Shown: positions 16,532 through 23,540 of the stretch, one piece after another
How the letters are laid out: every line of letters starts with the position of its first letter
Numbering within the stretch: the first letter of the stretch is position 1
Assembly (NCBI RefSeq): GCF_001017655.1
Contig: NZ_CP010904.1
Location: forward strand, 2,550,001-2,582,000
Length of the DNA: 32,000 nucleotides
Direction of reading: 5' to 3'
Origin: Kiritimatiella glycovorans
GTDB lineage: Bacteria > Verrucomicrobiota > Kiritimatiellia > Kiritimatiellales > Kiritimatiellaceae
Made by a program: the position numbers and the translations under genes
The notes under the pieces: model-generated
What the model was told of the DNA's origin: nothing
The model's input: only the letters and a program-made list of their open reading frames with translations
Databases searched by the model: none

Positions 16532-17404
16532 TCATCCGGAACCCAGCAGCAGCACCAGGTTTACTCCGTTAAAGCAGGCGTGCATGACGATCGAGACCCA
16601 GAGCGAGCCCGTGCGCCAGTACCCCAGACAGAACGCCGCCGAAACGAGAAAGAGCGGGACCAGCGTAGGCCCGTGCATATGCAGCAGGGCAAAGGCGGCG
16701 GAGACGGCGGCGATCGCCCAGGGCACGCCCAGATAGCGTGCCGCCGCGGGGAAAGCGATGCCGCGGAAGAAAAGCTCCTCGAAGAGGGGGCCCACGACCA
16801 CGGCGAGCAGAATAAAGTACGCCATCCAGCCCGGGTGTTCCGCGGCGCGGATGATGTGGACGACCGGCTGCAGATTGACCGGCGTTCCCGCGGCGCGGAG
16901 CAGAAACTGGTAGGCGAGGCCGCCGGCCCAGATCAGGGGCATCGCGGCGAGATAGTAGCGCAGGCCGCGCAGGAACACCTTGTCCGGCCGGACGGGCCCC
17001 ATCCCGAAGCACTCCTGCAGCCCCCGCCCGCTCCGGACCATGTAGAGGCCGATCAACAGCAGCCCGGCGCCGTGAAAGCACACGCTCTGCACCAGCACGG
17101 CCGCGGGTTCGGAAAGCCCCCCGCCCCATCGGCCTGCGGCTACGGTGACCATCCAGCCCAGCACGTGACACGCGGCCAGCAGCAGGAGGAGACCGAGGAA
17201 TCCGCGCAGCGGCCAGGCGCGGTTGATCATCCTCCGGTTCATCCAGCGCACGTTCAACCCCGCATGCTTGCGGGTGCGGAGCCAGTACAAGTCGATAAGC
17301 ACCCCCGCCAGCAGGAGGATGCCGAAGACGCACCCCGCCACGACCGGAACACGGGGGCCGGATCCGCTCGCGAGCGCCGTGATCAGAATGGAGTCTTCAA
17401 ACAT
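16532..17404 (-). CDS. CPBP-family (CAAX/Abi) intramembrane metalloprotease
   Basis: Polytopic membrane protein with EELFFRG and FALLHM motifs. I prefer the ATG at 17404, because the ORF-track extension to 17680 would overlap the divergent GGQ gene. Confidence 0.78.
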   Translation of the reverse strand: MFEDSILITALASGSGPRVPVVAGCVFGILLLAGVLIDLYWLRTRKHAGLNVRWMNRRMINRAWPLRGFLGLLLLLAACHVLGWMVTVAAGRWGGGLSEPAAVLVQSVCFHGAGLLLIGLYMVRSGRGLQECFGMGPVRPDKVFLRGLRYYLAAMPLIWAGGLAYQFLLRAAGTPVNLQPVVHIIRAAEHPGWMAYFILLAVVVGPLFEELFFRGIAFPAAARYLGVPWAIAAVSAAFALLHMHGPTLVPLFLVSAAFCLGYWRTGSLWVSIVMHACFNGVNLVLLLGSG

Positions 17405-17431
17405 CGGGCGGTTCGTTATACGTTCATTCCC

Positions 17432-17839
17432 ATGATACGTCCAGCCAAACGGGAAGCCCTGCAGCGGGAGATGACGTCGCTCGGTATCGAGGAGAGCGAC
17501 CTCGAGGAGAGTTTCATTAAAGGCTCCGGAAGCGGAGGGCAGAAAATCAATAAGACCTCCTCGTGCGTGCAGCTTCGCCATATCCCCAGCGGGATCGAAG
17601 TCCGCTGCCAGCGGTCCAGATCGCGCGCCGACAACCGGTATTTCGCGCGCCGCGAACTCTGCCGCAAGATCGAGGAACAACGTAAGGGCGAAAAAAGCGA
17701 GAAACGCAGGGAGATCGAAAAAATACGCCGCGCGAAGCGGCGGCGCTCACGCCGGGCCAAAGAACGGATGCTTCAGAACAAAAAACACCAGGCGGAGAAA
17801 AAGCGGCGGCGGCGTGAGGGAGGTGAGTATTTTGAGTGA
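17432..17839 (+). CDS. Small GGQ-motif peptide chain release factor-like protein (RF-1 domain / ArfB-like peptidyl-tRNA hydrolase)
   Basis: Only the last 135 codons of the 542-aa plus-strand ORF look real. They read GSGSGGQKINKTSSCVQLRHIPSGIEVRCQ followed by a long Lys/Arg-rich tail, with the ATG at 17432. Confidence 0.75.
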   Translation: MIRPAKREALQREMTSLGIEESDLEESFIKGSGSGGQKINKTSSCVQLRHIPSGIEVRCQRSRSRADNRYFARRELCRKIEEQRKGEKSEKRREIEKIRRAKRRRSRRAKERMLQNKKHQAEKKRRRREGGEYFE

Positions 17840-17959
17840 GAGACCTGAGACCTGAAACTTGAGTAAGAGACCCCTTCACTCAGGTCTCCCACTCATTTCT
17901 TACTCAGGTCTCAGGTCTCTTCACTCAGGTTTCAGGTCTCAGGTTTCCCACTCAACTCT
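17834..17959. repeat. Cluster of the CTTACTCAGGTYTCAGG repeat family in inverted and direct orientation; possible bidirectional terminator
   Basis: GAGTGAGAGACCTGAGACCTGAAACTTGAGTAAGAG (17834-17869) is the imperfect reverse complement of TTCTTACTCAGGTCTCAGGTCTCTTCACTC (17898-17926). Further direct partial units run to 17959. The cluster fills the gap between two convergent stop codons. Confidence 0.8.
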
Positions 17960-18946
17960 TCACTCATTCCTCGCCTCCCGCCCCATCAGATCTTCCATCG
18001 CCCGGCGCGGATCTTTGCCTTCGTGCACGATGCGCCGGACTTCCTCCGTGACCGGCATCTCGATGCCCTGGCTTCGGGCGAGGCTGACGGCCGCCCCGCA
18101 GGTCCACACGCCCTCGGCGACCATTTTCATGGCGCCCATGACCTCGGAGAGCTTTTCCCCGCGGCCCAGCCGCTCGCCGACTGCCCGGTTCCGGCTGTGC
18201 CGGCTGGTGCAGGTCACGATCAGATCGCCCATTCCGCTCAACCCGCCGAAGGTCTCGCGACGCGCCCCCAGCGCCTCGCCCAGGCGGGCGATCTCCACCA
18301 GCCCGCGCGTCATCAGCGCCGCCTTGGCGCTGTCGCCGAGTTCCATGCCGTCGTTGATCCCGGCGGCGAGCGCGATCACGTTTTTGAGCGCCCCGCCGTA
18401 TTCCACGCCGGCCGCGTCTTCGCTGGTGTAGAGCCGGAAGCGCCGGTTCATGAAGGCATCGCGGATCGCCCCCACCGCGGCGTGGTCCGCGCCGGCGACC
18501 ACGGCGGCGGCGGGGTAGCCGCGCGCCACCTCCTCCGCGTGCGTGGGACCGGAGAGTGCGGCGACAAAGCGGCCGTCCAGCAGTTCCGCCGCGACCCGGG
18601 TCATTCGGCTGTAGGTCTCCTCATCGAGTCCTTTCGTGGCGCTGACCACGAGGCTGCCCGGGGGAAGGCATTCCCGGAAACGGAGGATCACGTCGCGGTA
18701 ATAGCGCGAGGGTACGACCACCAGGACAAGCCCGGCCTCCGCCGCGGCCTCGCCGGGCGACGACGTCCACCGGATTTCGGGCGGGACGGGAACGCCGGGC
18801 AGGAACGTGACGTTTTCACGCTTCTCGCGGACGGCACGGAGGTTCTCTTCGAACGGTCCCCAGACGGTGACGTCGTGACCGTTGGACGCGAGCGTCATGG
18901 CGAGGGCCGTCCCCCAGCCGCCGTCCCCGATTACGCAGGCCTTCAA
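17960..18946 (-). CDS. gpsA: NAD(P)H-dependent glycerol-3-phosphate dehydrogenase
   Basis: CVIGDGGWGTALA Rossmann motif and full-length similarity in pattern. I prefer the TTG start at 18946 (GGGAGG Shine-Dalgarno 7 nt upstream), which overlaps the plsY TGA in a TTGA junction. The ORF-track start at 19207 would overlap plsY by 265 nt. Confidence 0.88.
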   Translation of the reverse strand: MKACVIGDGGWGTALAMTLASNGHDVTVWGPFEENLRAVREKRENVTFLPGVPVPPEIRWTSSPGEAAAEAGLVLVVVPSRYYRDVILRFRECLPPGSLVVSATKGLDEETYSRMTRVAAELLDGRFVAALSGPTHAEEVARGYPAAAVVAGADHAAVGAIRDAFMNRRFRLYTSEDAAGVEYGGALKNVIALAAGINDGMELGDSAKAALMTRGLVEIARLGEALGARRETFGGLSGMGDLIVTCTSRHSRNRAVGERLGRGEKLSEVMGAMKMVAEGVWTCGAAVSLARSQGIEMPVTEEVRRIVHEGKDPRRAMEDLMGREARNE

Positions 18947-19599
18947 GAGCGGCCTCCCGAATCTTCCGGTCCGGCGGTCCTGTTCCGCAGGCTCCGCCAC
19001 GGGTGAAAGCGGTGTTCCGTCCCGCTGCGCAGCCGGGCGATATTGGATCGATGACGCCACACGGCGAGCGCCGCGAGCAGCGTGAGCAGTACGGGCAGCG
19101 CCGGCCCGCTGCCGGCATACAGGAACCACCCCGCCAGCGCCACCGTCAGGGCCGCGCCGATGGAGGCCAGCGAAACGAAGCCCGAGCCGAAAAACAGGGC
19201 GGTCCATGCGAGCAGTCCGAGCAGCATCGCCGCAGGCGCCGCGCCGAGCAGTACCCCGGCGCTCGTCGCGACCCCCTTGCCGCCGCGCAGCCCGAGAAAC
19301 GGCGAAAAATTATGTCCGAGCACGGCGGCCGCGCCGAAAATGATTCCCCATGCCCCCGACTGGGCAGTCCACAGCGGGAACAGGAACGCGGGCAGAAATC
19401 CCTTCAGCGCATCGAGCAGAAAGGTCAGCACTCCCCACTTCCGTCCCACGGAACGGAACACGTTGGTCGCGCCGGTATTGCCGCTGCCCGCGGCGCGGAG
19501 ATCGACCCCGCGCCGCCGGGCCACCAGCAGACCGAACGGCACGCCGCCGAGCAGATAGGCGGCGATCAGCAGCAGAGCAATCCCCGGCACCGTGGCCAT
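18943..19599 (-). CDS. plsY: Glycerol-3-phosphate acyltransferase PlsY
   Basis: 218 aa polytopic membrane protein with the hallmark GSGNTGATNVFR motif. Confidence 0.9.
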   Translation of the reverse strand: MATVPGIALLLIAAYLLGGVPFGLLVARRRGVDLRAAGSGNTGATNVFRSVGRKWGVLTFLLDALKGFLPAFLFPLWTAQSGAWGIIFGAAAVLGHNFSPFLGLRGGKGVATSAGVLLGAAPAAMLLGLLAWTALFFGSGFVSLASIGAALTVALAGWFLYAGSGPALPVLLTLLAALAVWRHRSNIARLRSGTEHRFHPWRSLRNRTAGPEDSGGRS

Positions 19600-21104
19600 C
19601 AGCCGCCCCCCTCGCCGTCCGTGCGATTCGTGCGCGTTCCGGACTCCCGCTCGCGCCGGTCATCGGCGGCCTTACGAAGCAGGAACTGCAGGGAATCCCG
19701 GACCCCCTGCCTGACCGCCTCCTCGCGATTGGTCGCCTGCGCGGTCTTCTGCACTGTGCGGAGCAACTGTTCTTCCACCGTCTCCGGTTCCGGCTCCGCT
19801 TCCCGGCCCTCCCCTGCCGGCGCTTCGGCTGTGGCGGGCGTCCCCGATCCGTCGGAGGCGGCCTGATCCGGAGACGTATTCGTACGCGCTTCGGATTCTC
19901 CGCCCGCGGACGGTGCCGCATTCGTCTGCTGCCCGGTCTCGACGGTTCGGTTCGTGCCGAGGGCGAGGCCGAGGATACCCTCGAGCACCCCGCGCCCGGA
20001 CCGGTCGGCCAGGTCCTTCGCGTCACCCATCCGATCACCGAGAATGCTTCGCGCGGTGTCGGTCGTAATCTGCCGCAGATTATTTCGCACGAGCCGCTGG
20101 ACCGAGGATTTCCAGTCGACGACCGGCTTGCGCACACTCCCGCGCACGGGCAGGTCGAGCCGGACCTTCGAGAGGTGAAGCGGGGTTCCTCCCGTTAACT
20201 TCCCGCTGAACGACACGTCCGCAAGTTCCAGCCCCAGGGTGGAGCCGGGCTCGAACTCGCCCTCCTGCGCCGCAACCTTCATGGTGACGGTAAAGGGCGC
20301 CGTACTCAGACCGGCCCGGGGCAGCCATCGGTCGATCAACTGGGGACTGAGGTCGGCGATCCGGCCCTCCAGACTGAAGGTCGGTGCGGCGGGATCGACG
20401 AGGGGCTCCACGGTCGCATTGACATTGACCTCGGACACCTTATCGCCGACGCGGAGGTCGCCCATGAGGTAGATCTCGCCGGGGGGCGTTTCCTTCGCCG
20501 GGCGGGTCGAGAGGTTCCGGCCGCGTATCCGGTAATCGAAGGCCAGGGGCGGGAGGTTAGTTCCCGCGCGGTCTTCCAGGGTCACCGCGCCATCCGCTTC
20601 CAGCGTACCCAGCGCCAGCGGCGGGGACGCCGCTCCGACCGATTTCCCGTCCTCCCCTTCCTCTTCCGGGGCCGGCGTGTCCGGCTTCCCTGCCGCCGTC
20701 GCCTGCTGAAGGTCCCGAATGAACTCGACCGCGTTCAGGCGACCCTCCCGGTCGCGGACGAGATTCAGCTGCAGATCCGTGAGGACCACCCGGTGAATGC
20801 GGCGGGTATCATCGCCCAGGAACGAAAACAGTTCGACGGCGGCCTCGGCGTGTTCGACCGTCAGCAGATCGCCGCCGACGAAGGCGGGCGGATTGCGGAC
20901 CGCTACTTCTTCCAGTGTTATGCGCCCGGCCAGCGGGGCGACCGCCGCATGCTCCAGCGAAAGCTCGGCCTGAGTCTTCCGCTGCACCTCGGGCAGCACC
21001 CGGTCGCGCACGGTACCGGTCAAGCCGTATTTCAGGAACAGTACCGCCGCCGCCATTAGCACGATCAGCACCAGCGCGAATATACCGATCAGACGCAAGA
21101 ACAT
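19599..21104 (-). CDS. AsmA-family / DUF748-like envelope protein
   Basis: The ATG at 21104 has a GGAGAGGGG Shine-Dalgarno. There is a single N-terminal TM segment (MFLRLIGIFALVLIVLMAAAVLFL). Repetitive beta-rich body with an AsmA-like N-terminal pattern, and a C-terminal LDLPVRGSVRKPVVDW motif. The stop overlaps the plsY ATG (TGATG). Confidence 0.6.
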   Translation of the reverse strand: MFLRLIGIFALVLIVLMAAAVLFLKYGLTGTVRDRVLPEVQRKTQAELSLEHAAVAPLAGRITLEEVAVRNPPAFVGGDLLTVEHAEAAVELFSFLGDDTRRIHRVVLTDLQLNLVRDREGRLNAVEFIRDLQQATAAGKPDTPAPEEEGEDGKSVGAASPPLALGTLEADGAVTLEDRAGTNLPPLAFDYRIRGRNLSTRPAKETPPGEIYLMGDLRVGDKVSEVNVNATVEPLVDPAAPTFSLEGRIADLSPQLIDRWLPRAGLSTAPFTVTMKVAAQEGEFEPGSTLGLELADVSFSGKLTGGTPLHLSKVRLDLPVRGSVRKPVVDWKSSVQRLVRNNLRQITTDTARSILGDRMGDAKDLADRSGRGVLEGILGLALGTNRTVETGQQTNAAPSAGGESEARTNTSPDQAASDGSGTPATAEAPAGEGREAEPEPETVEEQLLRTVQKTAQATNREEAVRQGVRDSLQFLLRKAADDRRERESGTRTNRTDGEGGG

Positions 21105-21150
21105 CTTCACATTCCCCTCTCCTTCCGGACCCTGATGACATATCACATCC

Positions 21151-21171
21151 GGCTCTCGCGACGCGAGAGCC
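21151..21171. other. Perfect 10+10 palindrome GGCTCTCGCG-A-CGCGAGAGCC in the leader of the AsmA-like operon
   Basis: Read directly from the sequence. Lies about 45 nt upstream of the ATG at 21104. Confidence 0.6.
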
Positions 21172-21355
21172 TTCTTGTCGGGACGTATACCCGGATCGGA
21201 ACCGAGCTTCACCCCAGGGCACAGAGAACGGTTGGACTCGACGGCGGTACTTCGTCCGCTGAAGTGACGGGTTCGAACCAACTTTTCTCTCGCCAGGCCG
21301 CCAAGGTCGCCTTCGACTGTAATGTCAGATCCCGAACCGCCGAATAATTCTTTAC

Positions 21356-21375
21356 TTACTCACTATATTGAGTAA
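21356..21375 (+). promoter_or_regulatory. AT-rich palindrome TTACTCA-CTATAT-TGAGTAA overlapping a TATATT -10-like hexamer
   Basis: 7-bp perfect arms. TATATT at 21364-21369 lies 18 nt upstream of the ATG at 21387. TACTCAC is repeated at 21378-21384. No obvious Shine-Dalgarno. Confidence 0.4.
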
Positions 21376-21386
21376 TTTTACTCACC

Positions 21387-22586
21387 ATGAAGATTAAATA
21401 TAAAAGAGCCTATTTTGACGTCCTGCTGGAAAGGCTGCAGGGTCCGCGCCGTTTCATTCAGATCCTGTTCGGTCCGCGTCAGGTTGGGAAAACGACCCTC
21501 ATCGGCCAGGTCCTTGAGGCGACGGACCGATCGTTCGTTTTTGCCGCAGCCGATGCCGAGGCCCGTGCAGACCGCTTATGGGTGGCCCAGCAATGGGAAC
21601 GGGCTCGGCTGAAGGCGCAACGGCATCCCGACCAGACCATCCTGCTCGTGCTGGATGAAATTCAAAAAATCAGCAACTGGAGCGAAACCGTCAAAAAGAT
21701 GTGGGATGAGGACTCGCGGACCGGTTGCGCCATTCAGCCGGTGTTGCTGGGCTCATCCGCCCTGCTACTCCAGAAGGGAATGTCGGAATCGCTCGCCGGA
21801 CGATTCGAACTGATCCGCGTTCCGCATTGGTCGTATTCAGAAATGCGTTCGGCGTTCGGCATCACGCTGGATCAGTACATCTATTTCGGCGGCTATCCCG
21901 GGCCGGCGGAGCTGCTTTCCGACGAATCGCGCTGGAAGCAATATGTGCGCGATGCGCTCATCGAACCGGCCATCACGAAGGACGTCCTGCTCATGACGCG
22001 CATCGACAAACCCGCCCTGCTTCGCCAACTGTTTCATCTCGGCGCCGTCAACTCCGGAAGGGTGATCTCCTACACCAAACTGCTGGGGCAGCTCCAGGAC
22101 GCCGGAAACACCACTACGCTCGCCCACTATCTGGAACTGCTGGATACCGCGGGGCTGCTCTGCGGACTGCAGAAATTCACGGCAAACACGATCCGTACGC
22201 GCGGATCGAGCCCAAAACTTCAGGTACACAACACGGCCTTAATGTCGGCATTGAATCCGGATCCCTTTGAAACCGTCCGGGAAACCCCCGACCGGTGGGG
22301 ACATTTTTTCGAATCGTCGGTGGGGGCGCATTTAACCCGTATGGCCTTTGAACACGGGCTCGGCCTTTTTTACTGGCGACACGGGAATGATGAAGTCGAC
22401 TTTGTTCTCACCCGCGAAAAGCGGCACCTCGCCATCGAAGTCAAAAGCGGCCGGAAACGAGATGCACTGAACGGGCTGAAAAAGTTTAACGCGCAATTCA
22501 CGCCACACCGGACCCTGGTGATCGGGACCGGCGGAATGCCTGTCCGGGAGTTTTTCGAAACCCCGGCTCACGCCCTGTTCCAATAG
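21387..22586 (+). CDS. AAA+ ATPase with a C-terminal DUF4143 (PD-(D/E)xK-like) domain
   Basis: 399 aa. Walker A GPRQVGKTT and Walker B LLVLDEIQ. The C-terminal DEVDFVL...LAIEVKSGRK resembles a restriction-endonuclease-fold motif. Visibly lower GC than its neighbours. Confidence 0.85.
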   Translation: MKIKYKRAYFDVLLERLQGPRRFIQILFGPRQVGKTTLIGQVLEATDRSFVFAAADAEARADRLWVAQQWERARLKAQRHPDQTILLVLDEIQKISNWSETVKKMWDEDSRTGCAIQPVLLGSSALLLQKGMSESLAGRFELIRVPHWSYSEMRSAFGITLDQYIYFGGYPGPAELLSDESRWKQYVRDALIEPAITKDVLLMTRIDKPALLRQLFHLGAVNSGRVISYTKLLGQLQDAGNTTTLAHYLELLDTAGLLCGLQKFTANTIRTRGSSPKLQVHNTALMSALNPDPFETVRETPDRWGHFFESSVGAHLTRMAFEHGLGLFYWRHGNDEVDFVLTREKRHLAIEVKSGRKRDALNGLKKFNAQFTPHRTLVIGTGGMPVREFFETPAHALFQ

Positions 22587-22688
22587 CCGCTCCTCCTGCG
22601 CGTCCCTGAGCATTCATCGGACTCAGGGCAAAGCGCGTCCTCCGGGCGCACCGGATGCGCCGGCCCCATTAGGGTCACCCCTATTCGA

Positions 22689-22744
22689 GCAACAGCCGCT
22701 CTACGACCTGATCCATTGATCGGGGGTCCCGATTCGGAAGTCAG
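22689..22744. repeat. 56-bp direct repeat, copy A (5' leader plus first codons of a DUF4338 gene)
   Basis: Identical to 23431-23486 except for 2 adjacent bases. On the minus strand it encodes MDQVVERLLLE-stop (22681-22716). Confidence 0.9.
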
Positions 22745-22916
22745 AGAAAGCGGTTCGATTACGTGTATCCGGGTAAGTGTTGCGGTGAAGAATGCGGTTA
22801 AGGGTTCGTGGAAGGGCGCAGTCCACACTTCAGCGGACCCTTCGTCGCCCACTTAACCGCCACCTTTACTCGGATACGCTTAATCGACCCGTCTTAAACG
22901 GCCTGTCACGGCGTGG

Positions 22917-23458
22917 TCACGAACGGGCCGTGAGCATGGAGTAAGCTTTGGAGGGGTCGGCAGCGACGCCCTCAACGAATCCGGTAAGGGTGGAGTGAGC
23001 TTGCTGTTCATTGAAGAAGAACAGCGCCAGATTTCTGAGCATGGCAAGCGATGCCACGATGGCAGGGTTTCGACTGCGGGTCTTGTCTTCGAGCAGACAG
23101 GCATCCTTGCGCCAGGGGTTGCGGCTTTCGATACCCCCCCCAGTGTCCGCGAATGAGTTCAAGCCAGGTTCGGATGCGCCCCACGATCAACCAGCAGTGT
23201 GAAACGCCGATTCTGCACAATCAGCTTCTGACGCAGGGCGCGTTGAGGGCCGCTCCAGCCAATATAGGCGTCGCGATCCTTCAGCCGATAGGCCGCTGAC
23301 CCCCAGAGAAACAAAGCCATCCATTCACCATAGGCCTCCACCAACCGCATGGTATCCCCGCCGGCATGTCCTTCTCCCATGTAGTGGAACTTCCCGGCCA
23401 ATTCCTTGATATGTTCGGCCCGAAAACATTGCAACAGCCGCTCTACGACCTGATCCAT
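22917..23458 (-). pseudogene. Chimeric remnant: DUF4338 N-terminal fragment joined to the C-terminal end of a DDE transposase (ISAs1/IS4-like HW.IE...ED..R motif)
   Basis: 23458-23159 encodes ...HYMGEGHAGGDTMRLV...RDAYIGWSGPQRALRQKLIVQNRRFTLL...HPNLA-stop (DUF4338 pattern). 23165-22917 encodes ELIRGHWGG / IESRNPWRKDACLLEDKTRSRNPAIVASLAMLRNLAL, split between two frames at an 8-C run (23134-23141). Confidence 0.65.
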
Positions 23459-23486
23459 TGATCGGGTATCCCGATTCGGAAGTCAG
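23431..23486. repeat. 56-bp direct repeat, copy B
   Basis: See copy A. The two copies are 742 bp apart. Confidence 0.9.
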
Positions 23487-23540
23487 GAAACAGGCATGCC
23501 AGATGCGCTTCACCGCAGTCTGCATCCCGGGAAACCCCGG

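Noticed and set aside
16525-16540. TCCGGA-TTCA-TCCGGA hairpin as a terminator after the CPBP gene
   Set aside because: On the transcribed (minus) strand it is followed by an A-run, not a U-run, and the CPBP stop codon lies in its loop. It is not a canonical intrinsic terminator.
16211-17431. First 407 codons of the 542-aa plus-strand ORF 16211-17839
   Set aside because: This part is antisense to the ROK 5' end and the CPBP gene and is low-complexity (Pro/Arg/Gly-rich). Only the last 135 codons, from the ATG at 17432, show a real family signature (GGQ).
18947-19207. N-terminal extensions offered by the ORF track: gpsA to 19207, STAS to 13199, rsmI to 14073, CPBP to 17680, AsmA-like to 21281, maf to 15557
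   Set aside because: Each extension overlaps a neighbouring gene or repeat, lacks family similarity and is Arg/Pro-rich. In each case except STAS an internal start with a Shine-Dalgarno or an overlap-coupled junction fits better; the internal STAS start at 13130 has no evident ribosome-binding site.
21262-21276. tRNA-like GGGTTCGAACC motif suggesting a tRNA or an att-site remnant at the core/accessory boundary
   Set aside because: The flanks do not form a T-stem (ACGGG versus CAACT). I could not draw an acceptor stem or anticodon arm on either strand. GGTTCGAACC is simply a self-complementary 10-mer.
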